Both the position numbers and the translations under genes were made by a program. A stretch of DNA of 64,000 nucleotides, from NCBI GenBank assembly GCA_964435115.1, contig CAYSYM010000014.1, positions 115-64,114 of the forward strand. The letters are read 5' to 3'. Positions 37,154 through 44,996 of the stretch are shown here, in pieces. Origin of the DNA: an uncultured Chloroflexota bacterium. GTDB taxonomy: Bacteria > Chloroflexota > UBA6077 > CF-72. The notes beneath the pieces were generated by a model. It was not told the DNA's origin. It was given only the letters and a program-made list of their open reading frames with translations, and ran no database searches. Within the stretch, counting starts at the first letter, position 1. Each line of letters begins with the position of its first letter.

Positions 37154-38206
37154 ATGCGCATCGGCCGCCACGTCGTCGGAGACGGGCAGCCATGCTTCGT
37201 GATCGCCGAGGGCGGAGTCAACCACAACGGCGATCCGGCGCTCGCCGACGAGCTCGTCCGCATCGCCGCCAGCGCGCGCGCCGACGCGGTCAAGTTCCAG
37301 AAGCGGACTATCGCGGAGATCCTGACGCGGGACGCGTTTGACGCCCCGTACGTCCACCCCAACTCGTTCGGGGCGACGTACGGGGAGCACCGCCTGAAGC
37401 TCGAGCTGCCAGACGAGGTGTGGCGATCCCTGCGCGACCTGGCGACCGAGCTGGGCCTGGAGTTCATGGGCAGCGCCTGGGACAGGCCGAGCGTCGACTT
37501 CCTGATGGAGCTGGACCCCCCAGCGTTCAAGATCGGCTCCCCGGACCTGACCAACCTCGAGCTCCTGGATCACACGGCGCGGCTCGGGCGGCCGATCATC
37601 CTCTCGACTGGGATGAGCACGCTGGAGGAGGTCGACGAAGCCGTCGGGACGATCCTGCGCCACACCGATCAACTGATCCTTCTCCAGTGCACGTCGACGT
37701 ACCCGTCGGAATTCGCGGAGATCAACCTGCGCGTCATGCAGACGTACCGCGAGCGGTACGGCGTGCTCGTCGGCTACTCGGGCCACGAACGGGGGATCAG
37801 CGTTACCGAGGCGGCGGCTGCCCTGGGCGCGTGTGTGGTCGAGCGCCACTTCACGAAGGACCGAACGCTGCCAGGACCCGACCACGCGGCCTCGCTGGAG
37901 CCCGTAGGGCTGAGCAAGCTGGTGCGGGACATCCGGGCGATCGAGCTGGCGATGGGCAGCCCGGAGAAGCGGATCCTCCCGTCTGAGGTCGAGAAGCGGG
38001 CGCGGCTGGCGAAGAGTGTCGTGTCGGCGTGCCGCATCCCCGCGGGCGCGGCGATCGGCCGCGAGATGCTGGCGGTGAAGTGTCCGGGGTCGGGCATCGC
38101 GGCGAATCGGCTGGCGCAGCTCGTGGGCCGGGTCGCTCCCGTGGAGGTCCCCGCCGACGCGCTGCTCCCGCTCGAGGCGCTCGAGTGGAGGCGGGACGGC
38201 GCGTGA
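37154..38206 (+). CDS. neuB: NeuB-family nonulosonate (N-acylneuraminate/KDN, possibly 9-phosphate) synthase with C-terminal SAF domain
   Basis: CFVIAEGGVNHNGD...AVKFQKR...FKIGSPDLTNLELL...ILSTGMST...LLQCTSTYP...GYSGHE...VVERHFT motifs. The start could be ATG 37154 or GTG 37136/37139. Confidence 0.9.
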   Translation: MRIGRHVVGDGQPCFVIAEGGVNHNGDPALADELVRIAASARADAVKFQKRTIAEILTRDAFDAPYVHPNSFGATYGEHRLKLELPDEVWRSLRDLATELGLEFMGSAWDRPSVDFLMELDPPAFKIGSPDLTNLELLDHTARLGRPIILSTGMSTLEEVDEAVGTILRHTDQLILLQCTSTYPSEFAEINLRVMQTYRERYGVLVGYSGHERGISVTEAAAALGACVVERHFTKDRTLPGPDHAASLEPVGLSKLVRDIRAIELAMGSPEKRILPSEVEKRARLAKSVVSACRIPAGAAIGREMLAVKCPGSGIAANRLAQLVGRVAPVEVPADALLPLEALEWRRDGA

Positions 38207-38769
38207 CCCCGGCCGGCCTGGAGCGGGTGGACGCGGCCCGCGCCCTCCTGGAACGGGCCCGGCGGGTCCGTTTGGTGTGCCTCGACGTCGACGGCGTGCT
38301 CACCGACGCCGGCATGTACTACGGCCCCGACGGCGAAGTGCTGAAGAAGTTCAACACCCGGGACGGGATGGGCCTGGCGCGTCTGCGCGAGGCAGGTGTG
38401 GCGGTCGCCATCGTCTCTGGCGAGGACAGCGCCATCGTCCACGCGCGGGCGGCCAAGCTGAAGATCGACGACGTGTTCTGTGGCGCCACCAACAAGCGGG
38501 CGGCGATCGATGCGCTGCGCGCCCGACACGGTGTCTCGTACGCGGAGATGGCGTTCGTTGGCGATGACCTCAACGATCTCCCGGCCCTGGAGTGCGTGGG
38601 GCTGCCGTGCGCCGTGGCGGACGCCGCATCCGCGGTCAAGCAGGCCGCGGCGTACGTGACGCGGCGGCGCGGCGGCGACGGCGCGGTGCGCGAGCTGTGC
38701 GACCTCCTGCTTGCGGCGCGGGCCGGGCTCGCCGCCGACGACGCGAGCCTCGCGGCGCTCGTGGGGTGA
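38203..38769 (+). CDS. HAD-IIIA KdsC/YrbI-family sugar-acid phosphate phosphatase
   Basis: GTGA overlap with neuB. VCLDVDGVLTD (DxDGT/V nucleophile motif)...FNTRDGMG...VGDDLNDLP. Confidence 0.88.
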   Translation: MTPAGLERVDAARALLERARRVRLVCLDVDGVLTDAGMYYGPDGEVLKKFNTRDGMGLARLREAGVAVAIVSGEDSAIVHARAAKLKIDDVFCGATNKRAAIDALRARHGVSYAEMAFVGDDLNDLPALECVGLPCAVADAASAVKQAAAYVTRRRGGDGAVRELCDLLLAARAGLAADDASLAALVG

Positions 38770-38770
38770 C

Positions 38771-39649
38771 GTGGCGAGCAAGCGCTCCGCGCTTCACGTT
38801 TTCTTGAGGCCTCAGGACGTGGACGCCAAGGCCGGGGGATCGGATCGAGTTCCAGGCCACGCGCTGAGCGGCCGGCTGCGAGAGCTGTACCGCTACCGCG
38901 AGATTCTGCTCATGCTGGTGCTGCGCGACCTGCAGGCGCGCAGCAAGCAGGCCTACCTGGGCTACTTCTGGATCCTGGTGCAGCCGCTCTTGCTGACGGG
39001 CGTCTTCACCTTCCTGGTGCAGGTGGTGCTCGGCCGCCGGGACCTCTCGGACGTCCCCTACCCCGTCTTCCTGATGGCGGCGCTGATCCCGTGGCAGTTC
39101 TTCACGACGAGCCTCAGCGAAAGCGCTGAGAGCCTCGTGAAGAACGTGGACCTGGTCCGCCAGGTCTATTTCCCGCGCGAGATCCTGGCGGTGTACCCGG
39201 TCATCGCGCGGCTGGTCGACGTCGCCATCTCCAGCGTCGCGCTCGCGGTGCTGATGGTGATCTTCCGGGTTCCACCCTCGGGCTGGGTCGTGCTCGCGCC
39301 CGTGCTGCTGGCGATCGAGATGCTGTTCCTCGCCGCGTTCGGGCTGGTCCTGGCGGCCGCGAACGTCGCCTGGCGCGACATCGCGCGCGCCCTGCCACTG
39401 GTGCTCGCGCTGCTGCTGTATGCCGTCCCGGTCCTGTACACCGCCGATCGGGTGCCCGAGGCGTTCCGCCCCCTCTACTCCTTGAACCCCATGGCGCATC
39501 TAGTCGAGAACTTCCGGGCGGCTGTCCTGGGGACCCGTCCGCCCGACCTGGTCGCCATCGGCCTGCTCGCGCTCGTCGGCATCGTCGCGCTGCTCGTAGC
39601 GCAGCGGGTCTTCAGCGTGTTCGACGCCATCCTGGCTGATGTCATCTAG
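38771..39649 (+). CDS. wzm: ABC-2 type polysaccharide export permease
   Basis: YRYREILLMLVLRDLQARSKQAYLGYFWILVQPLL is the Wzm/TagG signature. About 6 TM. The start could be GTG 38771 or 38819. Confidence 0.88.
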   Translation: MASKRSALHVFLRPQDVDAKAGGSDRVPGHALSGRLRELYRYREILLMLVLRDLQARSKQAYLGYFWILVQPLLLTGVFTFLVQVVLGRRDLSDVPYPVFLMAALIPWQFFTTSLSESAESLVKNVDLVRQVYFPREILAVYPVIARLVDVAISSVALAVLMVIFRVPPSGWVVLAPVLLAIEMLFLAAFGLVLAAANVAWRDIARALPLVLALLLYAVPVLYTADRVPEAFRPLYSLNPMAHLVENFRAAVLGTRPPDLVAIGLLALVGIVALLVAQRVFSVFDAILADVI

Positions 39650-39726
39650 GCGCTTGGCGCTTCGTGTGCGAGAAGGCTCCGGAGGGGGGCCACTGTGCGG
39701 ACCGGTTCCGCGGAGGTGCGGCCCGC

Positions 39727-40938
39727 GTGCGTAGCAGCCGACCGGCCCGGGTGGAGCTGGACCACGTCTGGAAGCGCTACCTGCTGGGGAGCCGGGCGGG
39801 CGCGCGCGACGCGCTACTCGCGCTCCTCACGCCGGGTCGCATGACGCGAGCGCTACTCTGGTCCCTCCAGGACCTGTCGCTGCGCGTGGACGCGGGCGAA
39901 TCGGTTGGCATCATCGGCCGCAACGGCGCCGGTAAGACCACGACGCTCAAGCTCCTGGCCGGGATCACCCGGCCGACACGGGGGCAGGTGCGCGCAGGGG
40001 GGCGGGTGGCGGCGCTTATCAATGTCGGCGCCGGGTTCCACCGCGAGCTCACCGGCCGGCAGAACGTCTTCTTGAACGGTGTCATCCTGGGGCTCACCCG
40101 GCGCGAGATCGAGCGGCGCTACCAGGCGATCGTCGACTTCGCCGACCTTGCTCCCTTCATGGGCACCCCCGTGAAGCACTACTCCGCGGGCATGTACGCG
40201 CGTCTGGCGTTTGCCGTCGCGGTGCACGTCGAGCCGGAGATCCTGCTGGTCGACGAGATCCTCTCCGTGGGCGACGCCGCGTTCCAGGACCGCTCACTGC
40301 GGCGGATGCTGGCCTTCCGAGAGTCCGGCACGGCGGTCGTGTTCGTCTCCCACAACCTCTCGGCCGTGGAGCTGATGTGCCAGCGTGTGGTGTGGCTCGA
40401 CCGGGGGCAGGTGCGTGCCATTGGCCCGGCTTCGGACGTCATTCGCGCCTACCTGGATGCCCTGGACGATCCGGACTCGGAGGACGCGGTGGCGCATCCA
40501 TCCATGGCAGTCCAAGCGGTCGAGGTGCTTGACAGCCACGGGCAGCCGAGCGGCCGCCTCCAGGGCGACGAGCCCTTCACCGTGCGCATCCTCGGGCACG
40601 TGCACCGCGAGCTGCTGGAGCCCGCCTTCATCGTGACGATTCGCGGGGATGCTGGCCCACTCTTCGCGGGGAACATGCTGGTCGACGGGAGCTGGCCTGG
40701 CCGTCTCCCGCCGGGGCCGTTCCGGCTCGAGTGCGCCTTCGGCCCGCCCATGCTGCGGCCGGGGCCGTACCGTGTCGAGGTGAAGGTCAAGCAGAACGTG
40801 CGGACGAACTACTTCGAACCCCGCGTCCTGGCGCGCTTCGTCGTCGGAGACCCCTCTGGTAACGCTTCGGGTGGCGCGGTGAAGTATGCGTGGCGGTTCC
40901 TGCCAGGGCGCTGCGGCCCGCCTCCCACCCCGTCGTGA
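39727..40938 (+). CDS. wzt: Polysaccharide export ABC transporter ATP-binding protein with C-terminal beta-sandwich (Wzt_C-like) extension, copy 1
   Basis: The GTG at 39727 lies 10 nt after GGAGG. GRNGAGKTTTLKLL, YSAGMYARLAF, ILLVDEILSVGD. A ~150-aa C-terminal extension (AVEVLDSHGQPSGRLQGDEPFTVRI...). Confidence 0.88.
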   Translation: MRSSRPARVELDHVWKRYLLGSRAGARDALLALLTPGRMTRALLWSLQDLSLRVDAGESVGIIGRNGAGKTTTLKLLAGITRPTRGQVRAGGRVAALINVGAGFHRELTGRQNVFLNGVILGLTRREIERRYQAIVDFADLAPFMGTPVKHYSAGMYARLAFAVAVHVEPEILLVDEILSVGDAAFQDRSLRRMLAFRESGTAVVFVSHNLSAVELMCQRVVWLDRGQVRAIGPASDVIRAYLDALDDPDSEDAVAHPSMAVQAVEVLDSHGQPSGRLQGDEPFTVRILGHVHRELLEPAFIVTIRGDAGPLFAGNMLVDGSWPGRLPPGPFRLECAFGPPMLRPGPYRVEVKVKQNVRTNYFEPRVLARFVVGDPSGNASGGAVKYAWRFLPGRCGPPPTPS

Positions 40939-40948
40939 AGGACGCCCG

Positions 40949-42211
40949 GTGAACGCCGCCCTCCAGCTCGACCGCGTCTCGAAGCGCTACTTCCTGGGCG
41001 AGAGGGGCGGCCTCTTCGGCCTCGGGCGCCGCGCGGCGCGCCAGGAGCTGTGGTCGTTGCAGGATGTCAGCCTGCGCGTCGAGCCCGGCGAGTCGGTCGG
41101 CTTGATCGGGCACAACGGCGCCGGGAAGACCACGACGCTCAAGCTCCTGGCCGGGATCACACGCCCCACGCGGGGGCGCGCCGTGACCCACGGCCGGCTC
41201 GCCTCCCTGATCAACCTGGGCGCCGGGTTCCACCGCGAGCTGACCGGCCGGGAGAACATCTTCCTGAACGGCGTCATCCTGGGGCTCACGCGGCGGGAGG
41301 TGCGCGAGCGGTTCGACGCGATCGTAGAATTCGCCGAGCTCGGGCCATACATCGACACGCCCGTCAAGCAGTACTCGTCCGGCATGTACGCTCGGCTCGG
41401 GTTCGCCGTAGCTGCGCACGTCGAGCCGGACATCCTGCTGGTGGACGAGGTCCTCTCCGTGGGCGACGTGGCATTCCAGGACCGCTCCTTCCGCAAGATG
41501 CTCGCTTTCCGCGACCGCGGCTGCAGCATCCTCTTCGTCTCCCACAACCTCTCGGCCGTGGAGCTGATGTGCCAGCGGGCGATCTGGCTCGACCACGGAC
41601 GGGTTCGTCTGGAGGGAGCCTCCTCCGACGTGGTGCGAGCCTACGTGAGCGAGGTCGACGAGGAGGTGATGTCGTCCACGGCAGCCACCACGGGCGGTCC
41701 TGGCGACGGGGCGCTGGTCGTCGAGGACGTGACGGTCCACGGCCAGGGCGGCACGCTTCGCACCGACTTCGCGTACGCGGAGCCGCTCACCGTGCGGTTC
41801 CACTGCGTCGCCCAGGCCGACGTGGAGCAGGCGAGCTTGAGGGTGACGGTTCGCGGTGACTACGGCCCGCTCTTCTCGGCGGCGTTCCCACCGGACGGCG
41901 GACACGCGTGCTGGCCGCCCGGGCGGCACGTCCTGGAGTGCGTCTTCGAGACGCTGCCGCTGCTGCCGGGCCTCTACCGCGTGGAGACGCTGGTGTCGCA
42001 CGCCCAGAGCCGAGCCGATGAAGTGCCCCGGGCGCTCGCAGCCTTCCGCGTCGGCACCGACCTGTCGGCGTTCGGGAGCGACAGCGTCGTCGGGCTGACC
42101 AAGTCGCGGGGTGGGTTCCTGGCGGTCCCGTACCACTGGCGGCTGGAGTCTGCGGATGGCGTGCGGGACCTGCCCGGCCTCACCCTCCCCCGGCCCACCG
42201 AGGCGGTATAG
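40949..42211 (+). CDS. wzt: Polysaccharide export ABC transporter ATP-binding protein with a divergent C-terminal extension, copy 2
   Basis: The GTG at 40949 follows GAAGGA. GHNGAGKTTTLKLL, YSSGMYARLGF, ILLVDEVLSVGD. A ~170-aa C-terminal extension (VVEDVTVHGQGGTLRTDFAYAEPLTVRF...). Confidence 0.88.
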   Translation: MNAALQLDRVSKRYFLGERGGLFGLGRRAARQELWSLQDVSLRVEPGESVGLIGHNGAGKTTTLKLLAGITRPTRGRAVTHGRLASLINLGAGFHRELTGRENIFLNGVILGLTRREVRERFDAIVEFAELGPYIDTPVKQYSSGMYARLGFAVAAHVEPDILLVDEVLSVGDVAFQDRSFRKMLAFRDRGCSILFVSHNLSAVELMCQRAIWLDHGRVRLEGASSDVVRAYVSEVDEEVMSSTAATTGGPGDGALVVEDVTVHGQGGTLRTDFAYAEPLTVRFHCVAQADVEQASLRVTVRGDYGPLFSAAFPPDGGHACWPPGRHVLECVFETLPLLPGLYRVETLVSHAQSRADEVPRALAAFRVGTDLSAFGSDSVVGLTKSRGGFLAVPYHWRLESADGVRDLPGLTLPRPTEAV

Positions 42212-42343
42212 CCCGCCAGCCGGCCGGCTGGCGGCGTGGAGCGCGCCCGCGCGACGCGCGGGTCGAGCGCGTGGCGAGGAGGAGCCAGGAGCCTCTCCTA
42301 CCGGGCAGCCCTATCATTGGCGCGCAACGATGCGAGGGCTACG

Positions 42344-43159
42344 GTGACGGCCCCGGGGACGAACGCCCGAGTAGTGGTAGTGATGCCAGCGTACAACGCG
42401 GCGCGGACGCTGGAGGCGACCTACCGCGGCCTGGCGATGGACGTCGTCGACGAGGTGATCCTGGTGGACGATGTGAGCCAGGACGCGACCGTGGAGATTG
42501 CCGAGCGGCTGGGGCTGCAGGTGGTGGTGCACGTGCAGAATCGCGGCTATGGAGGCAACCAGAAGACGTGCTACCTGGAGGCGCTGAAGCGCGGGGCGGA
42601 TGTGGTGGTGATGGTCCACCCGGACAACCAGTACGACTCGACGCTGGTCCCAGAGCTGATCCGGCCGATCCTGGCCGGGGAGGTGGACATCGTGCTGGGC
42701 TCGCGGATTCTCAGCGGGACGGCGCTCTCAGGCGGCATGCCGCTGTGGAAGTACGTGGCCAACCGCTTCCTGACGGGCGTGGAGAACCTGGCGTTCGGGC
42801 TGCGCCTGTCGGAGTACCACACGGGGTTTCGGGCGTACAGTCGGCGGCTGCTGGAGACCCTGCCGTTCCTGCTGAACTCCGACGACTTCGTCTTCGACCA
42901 GGAGATCATGGCGCAGGCGGTTGGTTTTGGCTTTCGGGTGGGTGAGATTCCGGTGCCGACGCGCTACTTTCCGGAGGCATCGTCGGTGAACTTCCGGCGC
43001 AGCGTGCAGTACGGGCTGGACGTGCTGGGGCTGGTGGGGCGGTACCTGCTGCACCGGGGCGGGCTGGTGCGCCGCCGCCAGTTCTCGGCGCGCCTGGAGG
43101 AGATCCTGGCGCCGCGCCACCGCGCGGCGATCCTGCGCAGCGCTGACCCGCGCTCGTAG
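42344..43159 (+). CDS. Glycosyltransferase family 2, polyprenyl-phosphate sugar synthase type (DPM1/ArnC/GtrB-like)
   Basis: VVVVMPAYNAARTLEATY...VILVDDVSQDATVEIA...GYGGNQKTCY...VMVHPDNQYD. The start could be GTG 42344 (GAGGG upstream) or 42236. Confidence 0.85.
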   Translation: MTAPGTNARVVVVMPAYNAARTLEATYRGLAMDVVDEVILVDDVSQDATVEIAERLGLQVVVHVQNRGYGGNQKTCYLEALKRGADVVVMVHPDNQYDSTLVPELIRPILAGEVDIVLGSRILSGTALSGGMPLWKYVANRFLTGVENLAFGLRLSEYHTGFRAYSRRLLETLPFLLNSDDFVFDQEIMAQAVGFGFRVGEIPVPTRYFPEASSVNFRRSVQYGLDVLGLVGRYLLHRGGLVRRRQFSARLEEILAPRHRAAILRSADPRS

Positions 43160-43202
43160 GCGGCTGGGCGCCGCCTCGTCCGCTGCCCGATACTCGCCCT
43201 CC

Positions 43203-44921
43203 GTGGCCGTCCCCCTCGCCGGTACCGGCTCCGACCGCGCGCGGACGGGCCCCGCATGGCAGCGCGCTCGCCCGCGGCTGCGCGGTGCGCTTGTCCATCC
43301 GCTCGTGCCGATCCTGCTCCTGGCCGCCGCGCTCCGGCTGTGGGGGCTGGCCGACCAGCCCGCGCTCTACTTCGACTCGGGCGTCTACCTGGGCGAGGGG
43401 CAGTTCCTCGCCAGCGCCGCCGAGCGAGCCATCAGCGCCCTGGTGCAACCGGCGCCGGACGCCTCGGGCGACCCGCTGGAGCGGGTCGTGCGAGCCGTCG
43501 AGCGCGGTACGCTAGCGCACCCGCCGGACATCGGCAAACCCGGCCACGCAATCCTGCTGGCGGTGTCCATGCTGCTGCTGGGCAAGACCGTCTTCGCCGG
43601 CGCGCTCGTCTCAGCGCTCGCCGGCGTGGGCGCGGTCGCCACCACCTACGCGCTCGGCGCGCTGGGTTGGGGCCGGCGTGTGGCGATCCCGGCGGCGCTC
43701 TTCCTCGCCGTGTCCGGCCAGCACCTGGTCTACTCGCGTGAGCCGCTGGTGGAGTCCGACGGCCTCTTCTTCGCGGCCCTAGGTGCCCTGGTCTACCTGC
43801 GTGGCGTGGCGCGGCCGGAGCGAAGCCTGCGGCCGCTGGTGCTGGCCGGGCTCCTATTCGGCCTGGCGTTCACCTCCAACAGCCGCTTCTCCTACTGGCC
43901 GGCTGTGCTCCTGCCGCTAGAGCTGGCCCTCTGGCGGGATGCCGGCTGGCGGCGCTACCGGCGCCTCGCCGAGCGCGGGGCGGCACTGGTGCTCGGGTTC
44001 GTCGCGCCGCTGGCCGCCATCGAAGCGCTGTACGTCCTTGCCCGCCTCGTGGGCCGCGCTTACGGCGCCAGCACTGCCTGGCTGGATTACGCCCAGCAGC
44101 TCGCGGCCTTCTGGCGCATGAACGCGCCAGACCGGATCCGCTGGGACGAGTGGCCCACGTACTACGTGGACGTCGCCCTCATGGATGGCATCCTGGTGCT
44201 GGCGCTCGCGGTCGCCGGCGTGGCGCTCGCCCTCGGGCGCCGGTCGCGCTCCGACCTCCTCCTGCTCGGCGGCCTCCTCGTTCCGGTGGCGCTGTACAGC
44301 GTCTACTCGACCGGCGAAGTGCGCCTGCGCCACTTCTCGCTCGCCCTGCCGTGGCTCATGCTCGCCGCCGGACTCGGGACCGACGCCGCGGCGCGCCTCC
44401 TCGCCCGGGCAGTGCGCGTCCGTGCGGGGGCTCTGACAGCCGTCGTGACGACCGGCGTCGTCCTGCTCGCCCTGCCGCGCGTGGCGGCGCTCCTCGCGGC
44501 GCCCAACGCGCTGCCAGGCTTGCTGGAGTATCTCGACCGGCAGGGGATCGACCGCGTCGCCAGCACGAACGGGCCGGTCCTCGGCTTCCTGATCGGGGAG
44601 GAACGCACCAATGCACGCCTGCGCCCGGCCTTCGTCAACACCCCCGCCGATCTCGAGGCGATCGCCAGGGAGTACCCGTACCTCGTCGTCGACATGCAGG
44701 CCTCCCTCTTCCCGGGCGAGCTCACTGCGCGCTACGACGCCGCCCAGCCCGTGCTGGCGTTACCCCACGGGAACGGCGCCTGGTACCTCGCGGACCTCCT
44801 GGACCACTATGGCGTGGCCTGGGGCCAGTGGGACTGGCTGCTCCGCCTGCGGGACACTCAGCGGGCCTCGGCCACCCAGCTCCGCCTCTTCGATACGCGC
44901 AGCTTCCTGCCGCCACCATGA
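43203..44921 (+). CDS. GT-C fold membrane glycosyltransferase (family 39/83-like, ArnT/PMT_2 type)
   Basis: 572 aa, polytopic. The N-terminus PILLLAAALRLWGLADQPALYFDSGVYL is typical of PMT_2/ArnT-like enzymes. It lies directly after the polyprenyl-P sugar synthase. Confidence 0.75.
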   Translation: MAVPLAGTGSDRARTGPAWQRARPRLRGALVHPLVPILLLAAALRLWGLADQPALYFDSGVYLGEGQFLASAAERAISALVQPAPDASGDPLERVVRAVERGTLAHPPDIGKPGHAILLAVSMLLLGKTVFAGALVSALAGVGAVATTYALGALGWGRRVAIPAALFLAVSGQHLVYSREPLVESDGLFFAALGALVYLRGVARPERSLRPLVLAGLLFGLAFTSNSRFSYWPAVLLPLELALWRDAGWRRYRRLAERGAALVLGFVAPLAAIEALYVLARLVGRAYGASTAWLDYAQQLAAFWRMNAPDRIRWDEWPTYYVDVALMDGILVLALAVAGVALALGRRSRSDLLLLGGLLVPVALYSVYSTGEVRLRHFSLALPWLMLAAGLGTDAAARLLARAVRVRAGALTAVVTTGVVLLALPRVAALLAAPNALPGLLEYLDRQGIDRVASTNGPVLGFLIGEERTNARLRPAFVNTPADLEAIAREYPYLVVDMQASLFPGELTARYDAAQPVLALPHGNGAWYLADLLDHYGVAWGQWDWLLRLRDTQRASATQLRLFDTRSFLPPP

Positions 44922-44996
44922 AGGTGAAGCGCGGGCCGGCCCCGTCGGTGGGCGGGTGGGGCGTCGCCTATAGACTCAGCGTGCGCGTTCCACGCC

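Noticed and set aside
35131-37193. Minus-strand ORFs 35131..36180 (349 aa) and 35949..37193 (414 aa)
   Set aside because: They are antisense to the Gfo/Idh/MocA and SDR genes, which carry canonical cofactor motifs. Their composition is shadow-type.
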